A stretch of 64,000 nucleotides of DNA from Patescibacteria group bacterium. GTDB lineage: Bacteria; Patescibacteriota; Microgenomatia; Levybacterales; UBA12049. This document shows, in pieces, positions 54,136-63,953 of the stretch (position 1 is its first letter; every line of letters starts with the position of its first letter). The notes beneath the pieces were generated by a model, which worked only from the letters and a program-made list of their open reading frames with translations, did no database searches and was not told the DNA's origin. Both the position numbers and the translations under genes were made by a program. The stretch spans positions 114,428 through 178,427 of the forward strand of contig JBBTTO010000003.1 in the NCBI GenBank assembly GCA_038064195.1, written 5' to 3'.

Positions 54136-54660
54136 ATGAAAGACGTGCCATTATCCTATGACGCTTTAAGAATGGAGCAATGTCAAAAGGAATTTCGGGA
54201 AGTTGGAGCACTGCTCGAGTCGGTTATTGATAATAACGCAGAGCAGTTAAGGATTGGCCCTGACTATCTTGCGACACTTCGAACCGGTCAAGATATAGAT
54301 GTTGTTTCCTATGCGATTAGGTATGATACTCCACGTGAGTTGAATATGGGAATGTCAGATGCGGCTTTTGTGCTGGTGGCACATGACACCAAAGGTAAAG
54401 TACTCGGAGTGCGATCGTCACACCTTTTTCCATCAGATCCGCAGTATTCCCTCCAAGCTTTCGGAACGATCGTCACCAGTGAACGCGGAGTAGGTGTGGG
54501 TTCAGCACTTGAGACAGCCCATCAGGATCTTCTCAAAAGGGAGGTGACAGACAGAGGTGAGCCTTTGATGTATGTAGCGGTTGATAAAAATCAAGGCCGT
54601 ATCAGTGCTTATCAACATAGATATAACATTTTGGCGATCGTAGACATGCAAAATTTCTAG
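54136..54660 (+). CDS. hypothetical protein (possible acyl-CoA N-acyltransferase fold)
   Basis: Weak GNAT-like RGVGVGSAL segment only. Confidence 0.35.
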   Translation: MKDVPLSYDALRMEQCQKEFREVGALLESVIDNNAEQLRIGPDYLATLRTGQDIDVVSYAIRYDTPRELNMGMSDAAFVLVAHDTKGKVLGVRSSHLFPSDPQYSLQAFGTIVTSERGVGVGSALETAHQDLLKREVTDRGEPLMYVAVDKNQGRISAYQHRYNILAIVDMQNF

Positions 54661-54668
54661 ACGAAATC

Positions 54669-54947
54669 ATGGATGAAAGATCACGCTGGGAAAGCATGTA
54701 TGGGCATGATAGACAATTTGGTTTTAAAACGAGGTTGAATGGTAATTTAACGTTGGTTATTAATCCAGCCAGCACAACACATAGTGAAGATCCAGCCACA
54801 CTCCAAACGGTCCGGATTGTAAAGTCAGAGACAGGCGAGGCTCAAGTCGTGGTCGAAGAGCGAGTAGAGGATCTAACCCAAAGACGCCAGGATAAATTTG
54901 ATGAACTCCATTTCAAGATCCTGCCTGGACTTAAGGCTGTGCAGTAA
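54669..54947 (+). CDS. hypothetical protein
   Basis: 92-aa ORF. Confidence 0.35.
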   Translation: MDERSRWESMYGHDRQFGFKTRLNGNLTLVINPASTTHSEDPATLQTVRIVKSETGEAQVVVEERVEDLTQRRQDKFDELHFKILPGLKAVQ

Positions 54948-54957
54948 GTTTATATCT

Positions 54958-55386
54958 TTAGTTTTGCAGGGATCTGTCGCCTAGATCCTGAGTAAAACGG
55001 AGGAGGTAGCCGTCAGGATCCTGAACTAAAAATTGCTTGTTGCCTGATTCATGGTCATCGACTCGATACCATTTCTCTTCAACTTCCAGGAAGAGTTTTA
55101 TGTCGTTTTTTTGAATTCTTGAGAGCATTTCATCGACGTTCTCGACCTCAATTTGCAGGTTGATACCGCGACCAAGCGGTGGAGTCAGTTCTCCTGTCTC
55201 CCATGTCCGACCTTTACCAATTTCGTCTAGCATCAGCTCTACCTCACCCATGATAAGAAAAGCAAAGCCTTCCTCAGGACGCTCGTAGGCGATTGAAAAG
55301 CCTAAGATCTCAGTATAGAAATGAAGACTTTTTGTAATATCCCCGACACTGAGTTCTGGGATAAGTTTTTGGGATGATGTAGTCAT
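54958..55386 (-). CDS. VOC/glyoxalase-bleomycin-resistance-family protein
   Basis: LSVGDITKSLHFYTEILGF; start at MTTSSQ. Confidence 0.7.
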   Translation of the reverse strand: MTTSSQKLIPELSVGDITKSLHFYTEILGFSIAYERPEEGFAFLIMGEVELMLDEIGKGRTWETGELTPPLGRGINLQIEVENVDEMLSRIQKNDIKLFLEVEEKWYRVDDHESGNKQFLVQDPDGYLLRFTQDLGDRSLQN

Positions 55387-55410
55387 AGTCTTTCGTATTA
55401 TAATACAGAT

Positions 55411-55977
55411 ATGAAAGATAGAACCATGAATGAGATGCAGCAATATATCTATGATCAGGAGAAAAAGTGGTTTGAGATATTTAAACCGTATCTAAAAGGT
55501 AGCATTTTAAAAGTAGGGGACGGACTCGGGTACCTCACTGAGTTTATGATTGAAGAAAAGCCAAACCTTGCTATTTTGGAGATTCAAAAACATGAGGATG
55601 CAATGTATAAAGATAAAGTTGTCATTTATGATGGTCGTCATTTTCCTTTTAAAGATAAGCAATTTGACGCAGTAGTCTGTACGTTTGTGCTCCATCATAC
55701 TCCTCATCCAGTCGAATTGCTTTTAGAGATGAAACGAGTCGCCAAAAGAATTATCCTCATTGAGGAGACTTACTCAGGTATTCTTTCAAAGATGGATTTG
55801 GTTTACCGGGATACATCAGTGAATATGAAAGCCGGGCAGCCATCACCCATACATTGGAAAAGTTATTTTAAAAAAGGTGAGCTTGAGAAGATCTTTGCTC
55901 GTGAGAATCTTGAGATGGTCTATCACAAAGAAGTTAAGAAAAGAAGATATTGGAAAGAGCTATTTGTAGTAGAGTAA
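55411..55977 (+). CDS. SAM-dependent methyltransferase (type 11-like)
   Basis: ILKVGDGLGYL motif I, VVCTFVLHH. Confidence 0.65.
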   Translation: MKDRTMNEMQQYIYDQEKKWFEIFKPYLKGSILKVGDGLGYLTEFMIEEKPNLAILEIQKHEDAMYKDKVVIYDGRHFPFKDKQFDAVVCTFVLHHTPHPVELLLEMKRVAKRIILIEETYSGILSKMDLVYRDTSVNMKAGQPSPIHWKSYFKKGELEKIFARENLEMVYHKEVKKRRYWKELFVVE

Positions 55978-56068
55978 TGTTAACCCGCTTTCGCTCTCTT
56001 CAGCGGACCTTGTCTTGCCGTAGCTTCAGAAGCTCGACTTCGCTCTTTCGAGCTTCGTCGAAACGAAT

Positions 56069-56153
56069 GCGGAGGGAGGGAGATTCGAACTCCCGGAATC
56101 TTGCGATTCGATGGTTTAGTAAACCATTGCACTAGGCCACTATGCGATCCCTC
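56069..56153 (-). tRNA. type-II (long variable arm) tRNA, Ser-like, anticodon loop UUACUAA (anticodon ACU, unusual A34)
   Basis: GGAGGGA/TCCCTCC acceptor, 3-bp D stem with GG in the loop, ATGGT-TTACTAA-ACCAT anticodon arm, 16-nt variable arm, GGGAG-TTCGAAT-CTCCC T arm, discriminator G, CA encoded. Confidence 0.7.
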
Positions 56154-56157
56154 CTTA

Positions 56158-56517
56158 TTAATCCTTTGTGTATAAAGCTAATTTTGTTGCTTTATTAGCA
56201 TTAACTAAAATAACTTTATCTTTTGGCCCGATATAAACAGCTATTAAATCATAGTCCTTATTGTCAAATTTATTGACGTTAATGACTCCATTTCCACGAA
56301 AGATTTGTCTCATTTCAACTTTCCACGTTCCTGACTTTTTTCTCACAGATGTAAATTTAATACTAACGCGTTTAATTTCGCCATCTTTATAGCAAATAAC
56401 ATCGTATTTACTATTATTTGAAAAAGGCAGATAAACTTCATATCCGTTTTCGATTAAGTAAGTAATGACTTTAGCTTCAGCTAGCCTACCCTTGGTTTTC
56501 CGATCCATGAGTATCAT
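56158..56517 (-). CDS. PD-(D/E)xK nuclease-fold protein (Hjc/YraN-like)
   Basis: GRLAEAKV...YDVICYKDGEIKRVSIK matches the D...E.K restriction-endonuclease-like core; 4 nt from the tRNA. Confidence 0.5.
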   Translation of the reverse strand: MILMDRKTKGRLAEAKVITYLIENGYEVYLPFSNNSKYDVICYKDGEIKRVSIKFTSVRKKSGTWKVEMRQIFRGNGVINVNKFDNKDYDLIAVYIGPKDKVILVNANKATKLALYTKD

Positions 56518-56569
56518 GCATTATCCCAAAGAAATCTTTTTTTGTCCATGTTTGTGCTATAGTAGGCTC

Positions 56570-57076
56570 ATGGAAATGGTGGATGTCATTGACTGTGAAG
56601 GGCATGTTTTGTCTGTAGTCCGTAAGGACGAGGCGCATGCTCAGGGTTTTCTGCATAAATGTGTCATCGGGGCACTCAGAAATTCTAAAAGTGAGTTCAT
56701 GCTGATCCGTCCTCCGACACACAAACAAGACGCCGGACAGTATGTCTTTCCTGTCGGAGGACATGTCTCCAGCGGCGAGTCGGAAGTTGCTGCATTAGAA
56801 AGAGAAGTTGAAGAGGAGATAGGGATTACAGGGTTTGCCTCAAAAAGAATAGGACAGGATACTTTCGACCGGCATGTATTGGGGCGGCATGAAAATCATC
56901 TGTTCGTACTATACGAAATCATTTCTGATCAAGAGCCAATTGCGGGAGGAGAACTTGAGACTATGCATTGGTTCACACCAGACGCTTTGCGCAAAGCGAT
57001 TAGCATTGAGAGGGAAGCGTTCGGGGATGCATTTTACTTCGTCGCCGAACGATTTTATCCGGAATTACTCAACTAA
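56570..57076 (+). CDS. NUDIX hydrolase
   Basis: GGHVSSGESEVAALEREVEEEIGI Nudix box; start at MEMVDV. Confidence 0.75.
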   Translation: MEMVDVIDCEGHVLSVVRKDEAHAQGFLHKCVIGALRNSKSEFMLIRPPTHKQDAGQYVFPVGGHVSSGESEVAALEREVEEEIGITGFASKRIGQDTFDRHVLGRHENHLFVLYEIISDQEPIAGGELETMHWFTPDALRKAISIEREAFGDAFYFVAERFYPELLN

Positions 57077-57079
57077 CTT

Positions 57080-58264
57080 TTATTTTACCTCAAGGATGGC
57101 CTTGCTTACCTCGTCGACTAAGCCATTAAAGAAAGGATCGGGGATGATACAGTCAGCTGTCGGTTCAGGCACAAGACTTGCCAATTTTTTGGCAGCGGCT
57201 TCTTTCATCGCATGAGTTACAGTCGTCAGCCTCCCATCAATTACAGCTTTAAATACTGCGGGGAAGGCGAGTAAGTTATTGATTTGGTTAGGATAATCAC
57301 TTCGACCCGTCGCCACGACGTACGCGCCTGCCTCTTTGGCCTCTTGTGGCATGATCTCAGGTGTGGGGTTGGCCATGGCAAAAACAATCGGTTTGTCAGC
57401 CATCTCCTTAATCATTTCAGGACGGATATTCCCCGGGCCTGAGACACCGATGATGACATCTGCACCCTTTATTACTTCCGTAAGAGATCCTTGGAGGCGG
57501 TCTTTATTGGACAGGCCTGCGACGGCTTGCTTGTAGATATTCATATCCTCCCGTCCTGTAAAGAGTGCGCCTTTACTGTCAACGACGATGACATCTCCGA
57601 CGCTGCTACTCCCGGGAAGCCTCTGACAGGAGTCCTCACTACAGTTAAGTCCCAAAAGCATGCGTGAGACCGCCAGCCCTGCAGCGCCTGCTCCGACTAT
57701 GACGACTTTAAGAGACTCGAATGGCTTGCCGACAACTTTGGCAGCATTATGGAGGGCAGCTGTGACGACGATGGCTGTCCCATGCTGGTCATCATGAAAA
57801 ACAGGAATACCGATATCCTGGAGTGCTTCTTCGATATGAAAGCAGGCAGGTGCTGCGATGTCCTCGAGATTGATACCGGCAAAAGATGGCGCGACATTGC
57901 GGACGAACTGGATAATTTGATTTGAGTCCTGTGTAGCCAGGACAAGTGGGACAGAGTCTACGTTGGCAAATCTTTTGAGAAGTAGCGATTTGCCTTCCAT
58001 CACAGGCAGGGCTCCTTCCGGTCCGATATTGCCAAGACCCAGGACCGCCGAGCCATCAGAGATGACGGCGACGGTGCGTCCGCGCCAGGTAAGATCAAAT
58101 GAAAGATCATGATTTTCGGCAACTGCCTGTGAGACTGCGGCGACACCCGGAGTGTAGGCAAGGGAAAGGTCATCACGATTATTGATCTCAACAAGTGAGC
58201 TCGTCGCGAGTTTGCCTTGATGCTTTTTGTGCAGGGCTATCGCGCGTTTTTGGATGTCTTCCAT
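57080..58264 (-). CDS. NAD(P)-dependent malic enzyme (short form)
   Basis: VVIVGAGAAGLA and malic-enzyme N and NAD domains. Confidence 0.85.
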   Translation of the reverse strand: MEDIQKRAIALHKKHQGKLATSSLVEINNRDDLSLAYTPGVAAVSQAVAENHDLSFDLTWRGRTVAVISDGSAVLGLGNIGPEGALPVMEGKSLLLKRFANVDSVPLVLATQDSNQIIQFVRNVAPSFAGINLEDIAAPACFHIEEALQDIGIPVFHDDQHGTAIVVTAALHNAAKVVGKPFESLKVVIVGAGAAGLAVSRMLLGLNCSEDSCQRLPGSSSVGDVIVVDSKGALFTGREDMNIYKQAVAGLSNKDRLQGSLTEVIKGADVIIGVSGPGNIRPEMIKEMADKPIVFAMANPTPEIMPQEAKEAGAYVVATGRSDYPNQINNLLAFPAVFKAVIDGRLTTVTHAMKEAAAKKLASLVPEPTADCIIPDPFFNGLVDEVSKAILEVK

Positions 58265-58463
58265 AGCATGTAGTTTACTCCTTTTTGGGGCAAAAGTGAA
58301 CGTTTTTTAACAACAGGTAAGAAAGAGTATAATAACTCCATGATAAAAGGGATTGTTTTGTTTTGGGGAGGTTTTGGGCGGGACTTGAAAAGAATAGGCT
58401 TGATATAGTATGATATGTCATCTAACTTGACAAAGGTCAGGTTTTTAGTATTTTATATTATTT

Positions 58464-58976
58464 ATGAGAACATCACCTGAATATCCAATGGCTGAAGATC
58501 CCGGTGTAAATGACGCCTATTTTTTGCGCCAAGGCGCCAAGGCTTTTGCCGAGAAAATAGGCTCTAGGGGTGATTTTCCTAGAGTAATGGTATCTCAGAT
58601 TGACAAAGAGACAGGAAGAACAGTTTTGGATGAGAGGGCAGGGCTTGTTGTACCTATTCCTGAAGTCAACGAGGGCTCAGAAATTGATTCGACTCAGCCA
58701 CCGATTGATATGCAGGTTTTATTAGAACCGGATGGAGCTCTTTCAATTATCAAACCTAATGGAGTTAGTGGAGCAGTAAAAGCATACCCTGTAGACACAT
58801 CTGTTCGCCAGACAGAAGATTATGCTCGCATTCATGGGGCTCTCGGGACAGCCACCCAAGCATATCTTGATAGACTCAATGGTGATGATACTCCTCCTCC
58901 TGAAGATCCACAGCCAGATGGTGGTGGTTCAGCCCCTGTAAGACTGTATACTCATGATGATACTGTAGCTGCTTGA
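58464..58976 (+). CDS. hypothetical protein
   Basis: 170-aa ORF. Confidence 0.4.
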   Translation: MRTSPEYPMAEDPGVNDAYFLRQGAKAFAEKIGSRGDFPRVMVSQIDKETGRTVLDERAGLVVPIPEVNEGSEIDSTQPPIDMQVLLEPDGALSIIKPNGVSGAVKAYPVDTSVRQTEDYARIHGALGTATQAYLDRLNGDDTPPPEDPQPDGGGSAPVRLYTHDDTVAA

Positions 58977-59234
58977 AGTAATCATCTTCTTACTCTCCTC
59001 TTACCTCACCCACATCTGCTTCTTAAATCATCAGGTTAATATAAAATTATTCTGTCCTGTAGAACTGGGAAAGCATCTAAAAACAGTACATGACGCATGG
59101 GAGGTTAGCCGGCAGTTACTTCCTGAGTGTTATGTTAACTGAAATACTTTTTATCCAGGCTCTCCTGGTGATAGCAGTTTTTGTCCTCTAGTGGATTCGT
59201 ACTCAATGAGTTGTTTTGTCGTTTTCTATATTAG

Positions 59235-59813
59235 TTATTTGAGCGTGGCGCTAACGACGAAGCGTTTGAGCCCGGCAAAGCCGTAGGGAGTGTAAAGTGT
59301 CAAAGTTTCTTTATTACTAGATTTTATCAGGCTTGTTTCATTTGGAAGAACTACATGCAGGTCCGTCACGGTATAACGATAACTGTCTCCGTTTCTCAAG
59401 CTGAGAATAATTTCGTCCCCTTTGGCAAGACTCGTCAGAAGACCGAACTGATCTGTGGTGTTGCGTCCATAGATTACCACATTGTCGTCCTCACCCGGAG
59501 AACTTGAGTTAGCCACATGCGAGACAGAGTCAGTGTATGTCGGCCAAACCCCGTTGGTTTTGGTAGCCTCGCTAAGAGGAAGTCCTAACTCCAAAGACGG
59601 GATATAGATAAATGTGGGGATAGAATGATTTTTAGCCTCAGATCGTGGAGCATCAGTAGCAAAGGCTGCAAAAGAGTAAGTAGTTGATTCATATAATTTA
59701 CCTATGAGGACAAATGCGATAAGAAGCAAAAAACACAATATGCTAAAGTGAAGAGAAAAAAGATTTCTCAGCGTTAAGGTCAGTAATTTTTGTTTTTTTG
59801 ATCGCAATGCCAT
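59235..59813 (-). CDS. sortase-fold protein lacking catalytic His/Cys (pseudo-sortase)
   Basis: Aligns to SrtA: NISIAGHTF→NVVIYGRNT (His lost), LTLITCDDY→LTLYTPYGF (Cys lost), the conserved Arg is retained (KRFVVSATL); N-terminal TM anchor. Confidence 0.5.
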   Translation of the reverse strand: MALRSKKQKLLTLTLRNLFSLHFSILCFLLLIAFVLIGKLYESTTYSFAAFATDAPRSEAKNHSIPTFIYIPSLELGLPLSEATKTNGVWPTYTDSVSHVANSSSPGEDDNVVIYGRNTTDQFGLLTSLAKGDEIILSLRNGDSYRYTVTDLHVVLPNETSLIKSSNKETLTLYTPYGFAGLKRFVVSATLK

Positions 59814-60102
59814 AATAGGCCTGTAGTATAAATCACTGAGGCTAAAAAGTCAAATACGATAGGGAAGCGGCATCACGCAAAATACTCAGTATTTTGCTAT
59901 CAGTCTGAATCAGTTCCTGTTTGTGGTGGTTTGGGATCATCTATAGCTGTAAATGCAACAGTCATCTTTCATTCACCTCCTTTCATTGATACGAATGTAT
60001 CCAAATGGTTATTTCGAATGAATCCGAATCTACAGGTACAGTTTAGGAGAAAAGTTTAAGAATGGGAATAAGGATGGGTAAGAAAGAGGTAAGGTCCGAT
60101 TG

Positions 60103-61170
60103 TCAGCTAGCGGGGTAGTTACGGAGGAGCTCAAGGACGGCAAATTCGGTTGGTTTGAGATTGTCTTCTTTTTGCGGCTTGTCCCTGTATTCTTTAATAT
60201 GAGGCACGAGGATGTCTTCTTCATAGGTTCGGAAAATTGTCGGGTGGATGTAGTAGCTGCGACAGACTGTCGGAGTATTGCCCAGATTTTTGGAGACTTT
60301 TTTTACGACTTGGGTCATATTTTTTTTCTTATCATCTTTAGTCTTGGGGGTTTCCATTTGACAGAGATAATTTGCGCTGAGCATGGTGCCGCCCCAGGTA
60401 CGGAAATCCTTGGCGGTGATCTGTTCGCCGGTTGTATCCTGCAGATATTGGTTGACCTCAGCAGAGTCGACGGTGTGACGCTGATGCTCCTCGTTTAAGT
60501 ATTGGAAGACCTCATAGCCCGGCAGTTCGATGCATTTACGAATGGTTTTGACCACAGTCGGATTGGTAATGTCTTTTTCATGATCAATCCCTGACTTGCC
60601 TTTGAAGGTAAATCTGATGCGGTCACCGTCGACATCCACATGCTTATTTCGCAGTGTTGTCAGGCCGAAGGACTGATTTTCTTTGGCATATTCTTCATTA
60701 CCGATACGGATAAAGGTATGCTCCAGTAACCAGACGACTGTGGCGATGACTCTTTTTTCATTCAGGCCTCTTGTCGTCATGTCACGCTCTACAGCCTCAC
60801 GAATAGTAGGGAGATGCTTGCCGAAGAACTCAACACGATCGAATTTAGCTTCCTGACAGATGCGTTCCCATTCTTTGTGATAGATATACTGCTTGCGACC
60901 TTTTTGATCGATACCTGTAGCCTGTAAGTGGGTGTTGGCGTAAGGGGAGATCCAGACACCTGTCCAGGCAGGGGGGATGACGAGATCCTTGATACGCTTG
61001 AGGGTTTTGCTGTCGTTGACACGTTCACCGGTAGAGCCTGTGTAAATTGGGGATGTTTTGCTGCCTTCACGGCTGATACCGCGGATAGAGTCGGTGATAT
61101 AACGAAGGTCGAGCTTCTCAGCTTTCTCGAGGACCTCTTCCGGGACATGGGACAGTGATATATCAGACAT
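60103..61170 (-). CDS. bacterial type IB DNA topoisomerase
   Basis: Poxvirus/bacterial TopIB core with the active-site SKxxY context (CRSYYIHP); true start at MSDISL (61170). The upstream part of the listed ORF is spurious. Confidence 0.8.
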   Translation of the reverse strand: MSDISLSHVPEEVLEKAEKLDLRYITDSIRGISREGSKTSPIYTGSTGERVNDSKTLKRIKDLVIPPAWTGVWISPYANTHLQATGIDQKGRKQYIYHKEWERICQEAKFDRVEFFGKHLPTIREAVERDMTTRGLNEKRVIATVVWLLEHTFIRIGNEEYAKENQSFGLTTLRNKHVDVDGDRIRFTFKGKSGIDHEKDITNPTVVKTIRKCIELPGYEVFQYLNEEHQRHTVDSAEVNQYLQDTTGEQITAKDFRTWGGTMLSANYLCQMETPKTKDDKKKNMTQVVKKVSKNLGNTPTVCRSYYIHPTIFRTYEEDILVPHIKEYRDKPQKEDNLKPTEFAVLELLRNYPAS

Positions 61171-61303
61171 AACCAGTGCTGAGTTTAAGTATACAACATT
61201 AAGAAAAGGGTCAAAGGAGACAAAAGGCGCAAAAGAGAGAAAAGGTTGGTGCCGGCGCTCCGGCACCCATATAGGGTGACAAAGCGCCGGCGTGGCCAAC
61301 GAG

Positions 61304-61636
61304 TCACCGGACCGGCTGGTCTGCGTAGCGTTGAAGCTCCGCTTGGACACGCCGGAGTAGGCGGGTGTTGATGTCGGGACTCCTCGCCAGAGCTTGTTTC
61401 TCGACGGGAAGATTCTCGACGAACTGGCTGAGAAGCCATTCCGGTTTTGGTTTTCGGTAGAGAACCTCCTCTGACTTGGGTGACTCCCAGATTTTCCACC
61501 TTGGTGGCCTGGTCGTCTTGGTCTGGTGGGCCTGGTCCCAGACCCACTTTTCGATACTTGCACCCAGGATTTGATCGTCCTGGATGTTTTGCTGTCGTTC
61601 TTGAGACATGACGAGGTCCTTTCGTTTTGTCTCCAC
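61304..61636 (-). CDS. hypothetical protein in GC-rich patch
   Basis: 110-aa ORF; composition differs from the host. Confidence 0.4.
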   Translation of the reverse strand: METKRKDLVMSQERQQNIQDDQILGASIEKWVWDQAHQTKTTRPPRWKIWESPKSEEVLYRKPKPEWLLSQFVENLPVEKQALARSPDINTRLLRRVQAELQRYADQPVR

Positions 61637-61981
61637 CTTACGATAAGGTAGAGCCCGAGCAATCCGTCTGCTTTGCGCAGCCGAGACTCCTCAGGCGCTA
61701 CCTCTTATAACTCGTTGTATTAAAAAGATCCTTTCAGACGTTATAAAACTGCGATCCACAAAGTGGAAGTCTTAAAAATTCTGAAAGTCCAGCGATTATA
61801 GCAAAAAAAGAGAGGAAATGACAACTATAAGATCTAAAGGGGAGTGGGAAGAAAGGAAAGCGGCTCCCAGGCGTGAGCCCGGGAGCCGTGATTGGGTGCA
61901 TGTACATCCCTGCTAATGAGCTATGGTGGGCATCATCGCATGAACGGACTTGCCGCTTGTCCCTGGGGCTTCCGACCCGCG

Positions 61982-62608
61982 TTACATCGCGGGTTGACGC
62001 ATTTGGTTGAAGATAGCTCGCGCTGGTTTCTCCGGCATGTGCTGAAGAGCCTTCACGAACGCCGCCAAACCGAGGGCGTCGAGACCTTGGACGTATTCGT
62101 AAACGTCCATTTGAATCTTGCCCGGAACCTCCTGTGACAGAGGCCCGGCTAGCACGTAGTGGGTAAAGATCGACTTGCCGCCGATCCGTCGGGGGTTGGC
62201 GTACACCTGCCCCGAGTTGACCACCGTTCGTTTGACCGCTTGTGCGATGTTGGCGAGCGATGACCTGACTGCGCGCCAGATCTGGATCTTGGTCGTCTCA
62301 TCCAGGAAAACATCCTCTTGTTCGGCCTGTACGGTGTACCTGCCGGTTTGGGGATCTACCCTGAATGTGATGACGACGTCACCCACACGGTCTTTGCCGC
62401 CGTCGTGCTCGATGAACTTCAACGAGTCGTACTGCGAACCGTCGGGTGATGTTTCCTTGACGAACGCGGCGTGATATGGCCCCCCATTTTCCATTCCTGC
62501 GTGGAAGGAGTTAGGGGAGATCACGTCCGTGTCCGGGTGCTGGATTCTCCAGTTGGAGTCTCCGACTTTGAAGGTGCGAACCCCACTGGGTTCTGTAACT
62601 GTGAGCAT
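61982..62608 (-). CDS. hypothetical protein in GC-rich patch
   Basis: 208-aa ORF with good coding look. Confidence 0.5.
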   Translation of the reverse strand: MLTVTEPSGVRTFKVGDSNWRIQHPDTDVISPNSFHAGMENGGPYHAAFVKETSPDGSQYDSLKFIEHDGGKDRVGDVVITFRVDPQTGRYTVQAEQEDVFLDETTKIQIWRAVRSSLANIAQAVKRTVVNSGQVYANPRRIGGKSIFTHYVLAGPLSQEVPGKIQMDVYEYVQGLDALGLAAFVKALQHMPEKPARAIFNQMRQPAM

Positions 62609-62803
62609 TCTTTTGATCTCCTATGGTGGGGTAGATCGTGCCCAGGACAAGCTCCAGAATTATAGCCTATAATAGTAAAACTGTCAAGTTTTAGTGAGGC
62701 TAGATTGAGGCTGGATGAGTAAAGAAGATGTTCGATGTTTTTAGTTTGAGTGTGGTTGGCTCTCCTCTCACCAGAATGGTGAGAGGAGAGCTTAGTGCCC
62801 GTT

Positions 62804-63040
62804 TTAGAAAGGATCGTAACGACCCTCATCAGCCTCTGTTTTCTTCCTGGGAGGAGTCTCTGGCGGAGGAAAGCGAAAAGCTTGCAGTCCCCGAAGGTGC
62901 TGCTCGGTGATGCGGGTAATGCTGAGACCTCCTCCGCTGACCTTAGCGCCATCCAGATAGGCGCTTCCCAATTTGCGGAGGATTGCTCCGATCCATGGAA
63001 AGCGTGTCAGCACGACGCTGATAATTTGACCGATGGTCAT
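62804..63040 (-). CDS. hypothetical small protein
   Basis: 78 aa; overlaps an alternative-frame ORF. Confidence 0.25.
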   Translation of the reverse strand: MTIGQIISVVLTRFPWIGAILRKLGSAYLDGAKVSGGGLSITRITEQHLRGLQAFRFPPPETPPRKKTEADEGRYDPF

Positions 63041-63215
63041 GTGGCCTCCTTCCGGCTGTACCGGTACTGTGTGTCTGAAGTAACCTGTTTCAGTTCTAAA
63101 ACGTGCGAAATACGTAGTTGATTTGGAACAGCCGCTAACGGATATTCAAATAAAAATACGTCAGGTAATTATAAACTATAAGATGTCCAGTGGCAAGTAA
63201 CGGGAGCAAATCGAG

Positions 63216-63953
63216 TTACAGAAAGCGGACAGTATCCTCCCACCCGATCTCTTTTTGGGTTGAGCTTGCGGGGAGATCATAGGAACCTAAGTTAAGTACC
63301 AGTAAGACTGTAGGGTGCTGGCTGTCCATAAGGAAGATCTCTCTTCGAGGTGCTCCGGGGCAGAGGGGAATAAGCGCAGTATAAATACTAGGATATGTAG
63401 CGGTCTGGTCAACTTGGAAAGTACAATTTTTATAAAGTAAGTCACTTTGGGTGATTTTCTTCACAGCATCCACAGGAGCGTCTGTCGATATCTTTGTGAA
63501 GACATCGACATAAGGTTCTTGGCTTGGAGGCATTTTTTCAGGGACCAGGTAGACTCGATTATTAACTTGCTGAGCTGTAACTTTTTTTAGCTGGTTGGGG
63601 TTGAGCTCAAATTCTTTGGCGTAATCAAACATAATACCTAATTCCTGTGAGTAAAAGCGATTGCTTGTCGGGTCAGCGCTCATACTTGCCTCAGGGGTAG
63701 GTGTGGGAGTAGCAGTAGGAAGGATGGTGGGAGTAGGAATAACTTGATTTGGGGCAGGTTGGGAGGTTTGCCTAAGAGTCAGGATAGCTATCCATGCTCC
63801 CAGAATAATGATTACAGCCAGCATGACGAAGTTAAGTAACTTATGATGATTGCGCGAAGGAGCAGGTGGCATTACAGGTGAGGGGACTACAGGTTGCGGT
63901 GGAGGGGGAACTGGAATTTCAGTTGAGTAAGGAGAGGGTGGATTCTGATCCAT
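63216..63953 (-). CDS. Pro-rich N-terminus, single-TM membrane protein
   Basis: PPPPQPVVP tract, then TM LLNFVMLAVIIILGAWIAIL. Confidence 0.5.
   Translation of the reverse strand: MDQNPPSPYSTEIPVPPPPQPVVPSPVMPPAPSRNHHKLLNFVMLAVIIILGAWIAILTLRQTSQPAPNQVIPTPTILPTATPTPTPEASMSADPTSNRFYSQELGIMFDYAKEFELNPNQLKKVTAQQVNNRVYLVPEKMPPSQEPYVDVFTKISTDAPVDAVKKITQSDLLYKNCTFQVDQTATYPSIYTALIPLCPGAPRREIFLMDSQHPTVLLVLNLGSYDLPASSTQKEIGWEDTVRFL

Noticed and set aside
61171-61662. N-terminal 164-aa extension of the listed 60103-61662 ORF.
   Set aside because: The TopIB homology begins at MSDISL (61170). The extension is low-complexity, overlaps the other-frame ORF 61304-61636, and lies in compositionally different DNA.
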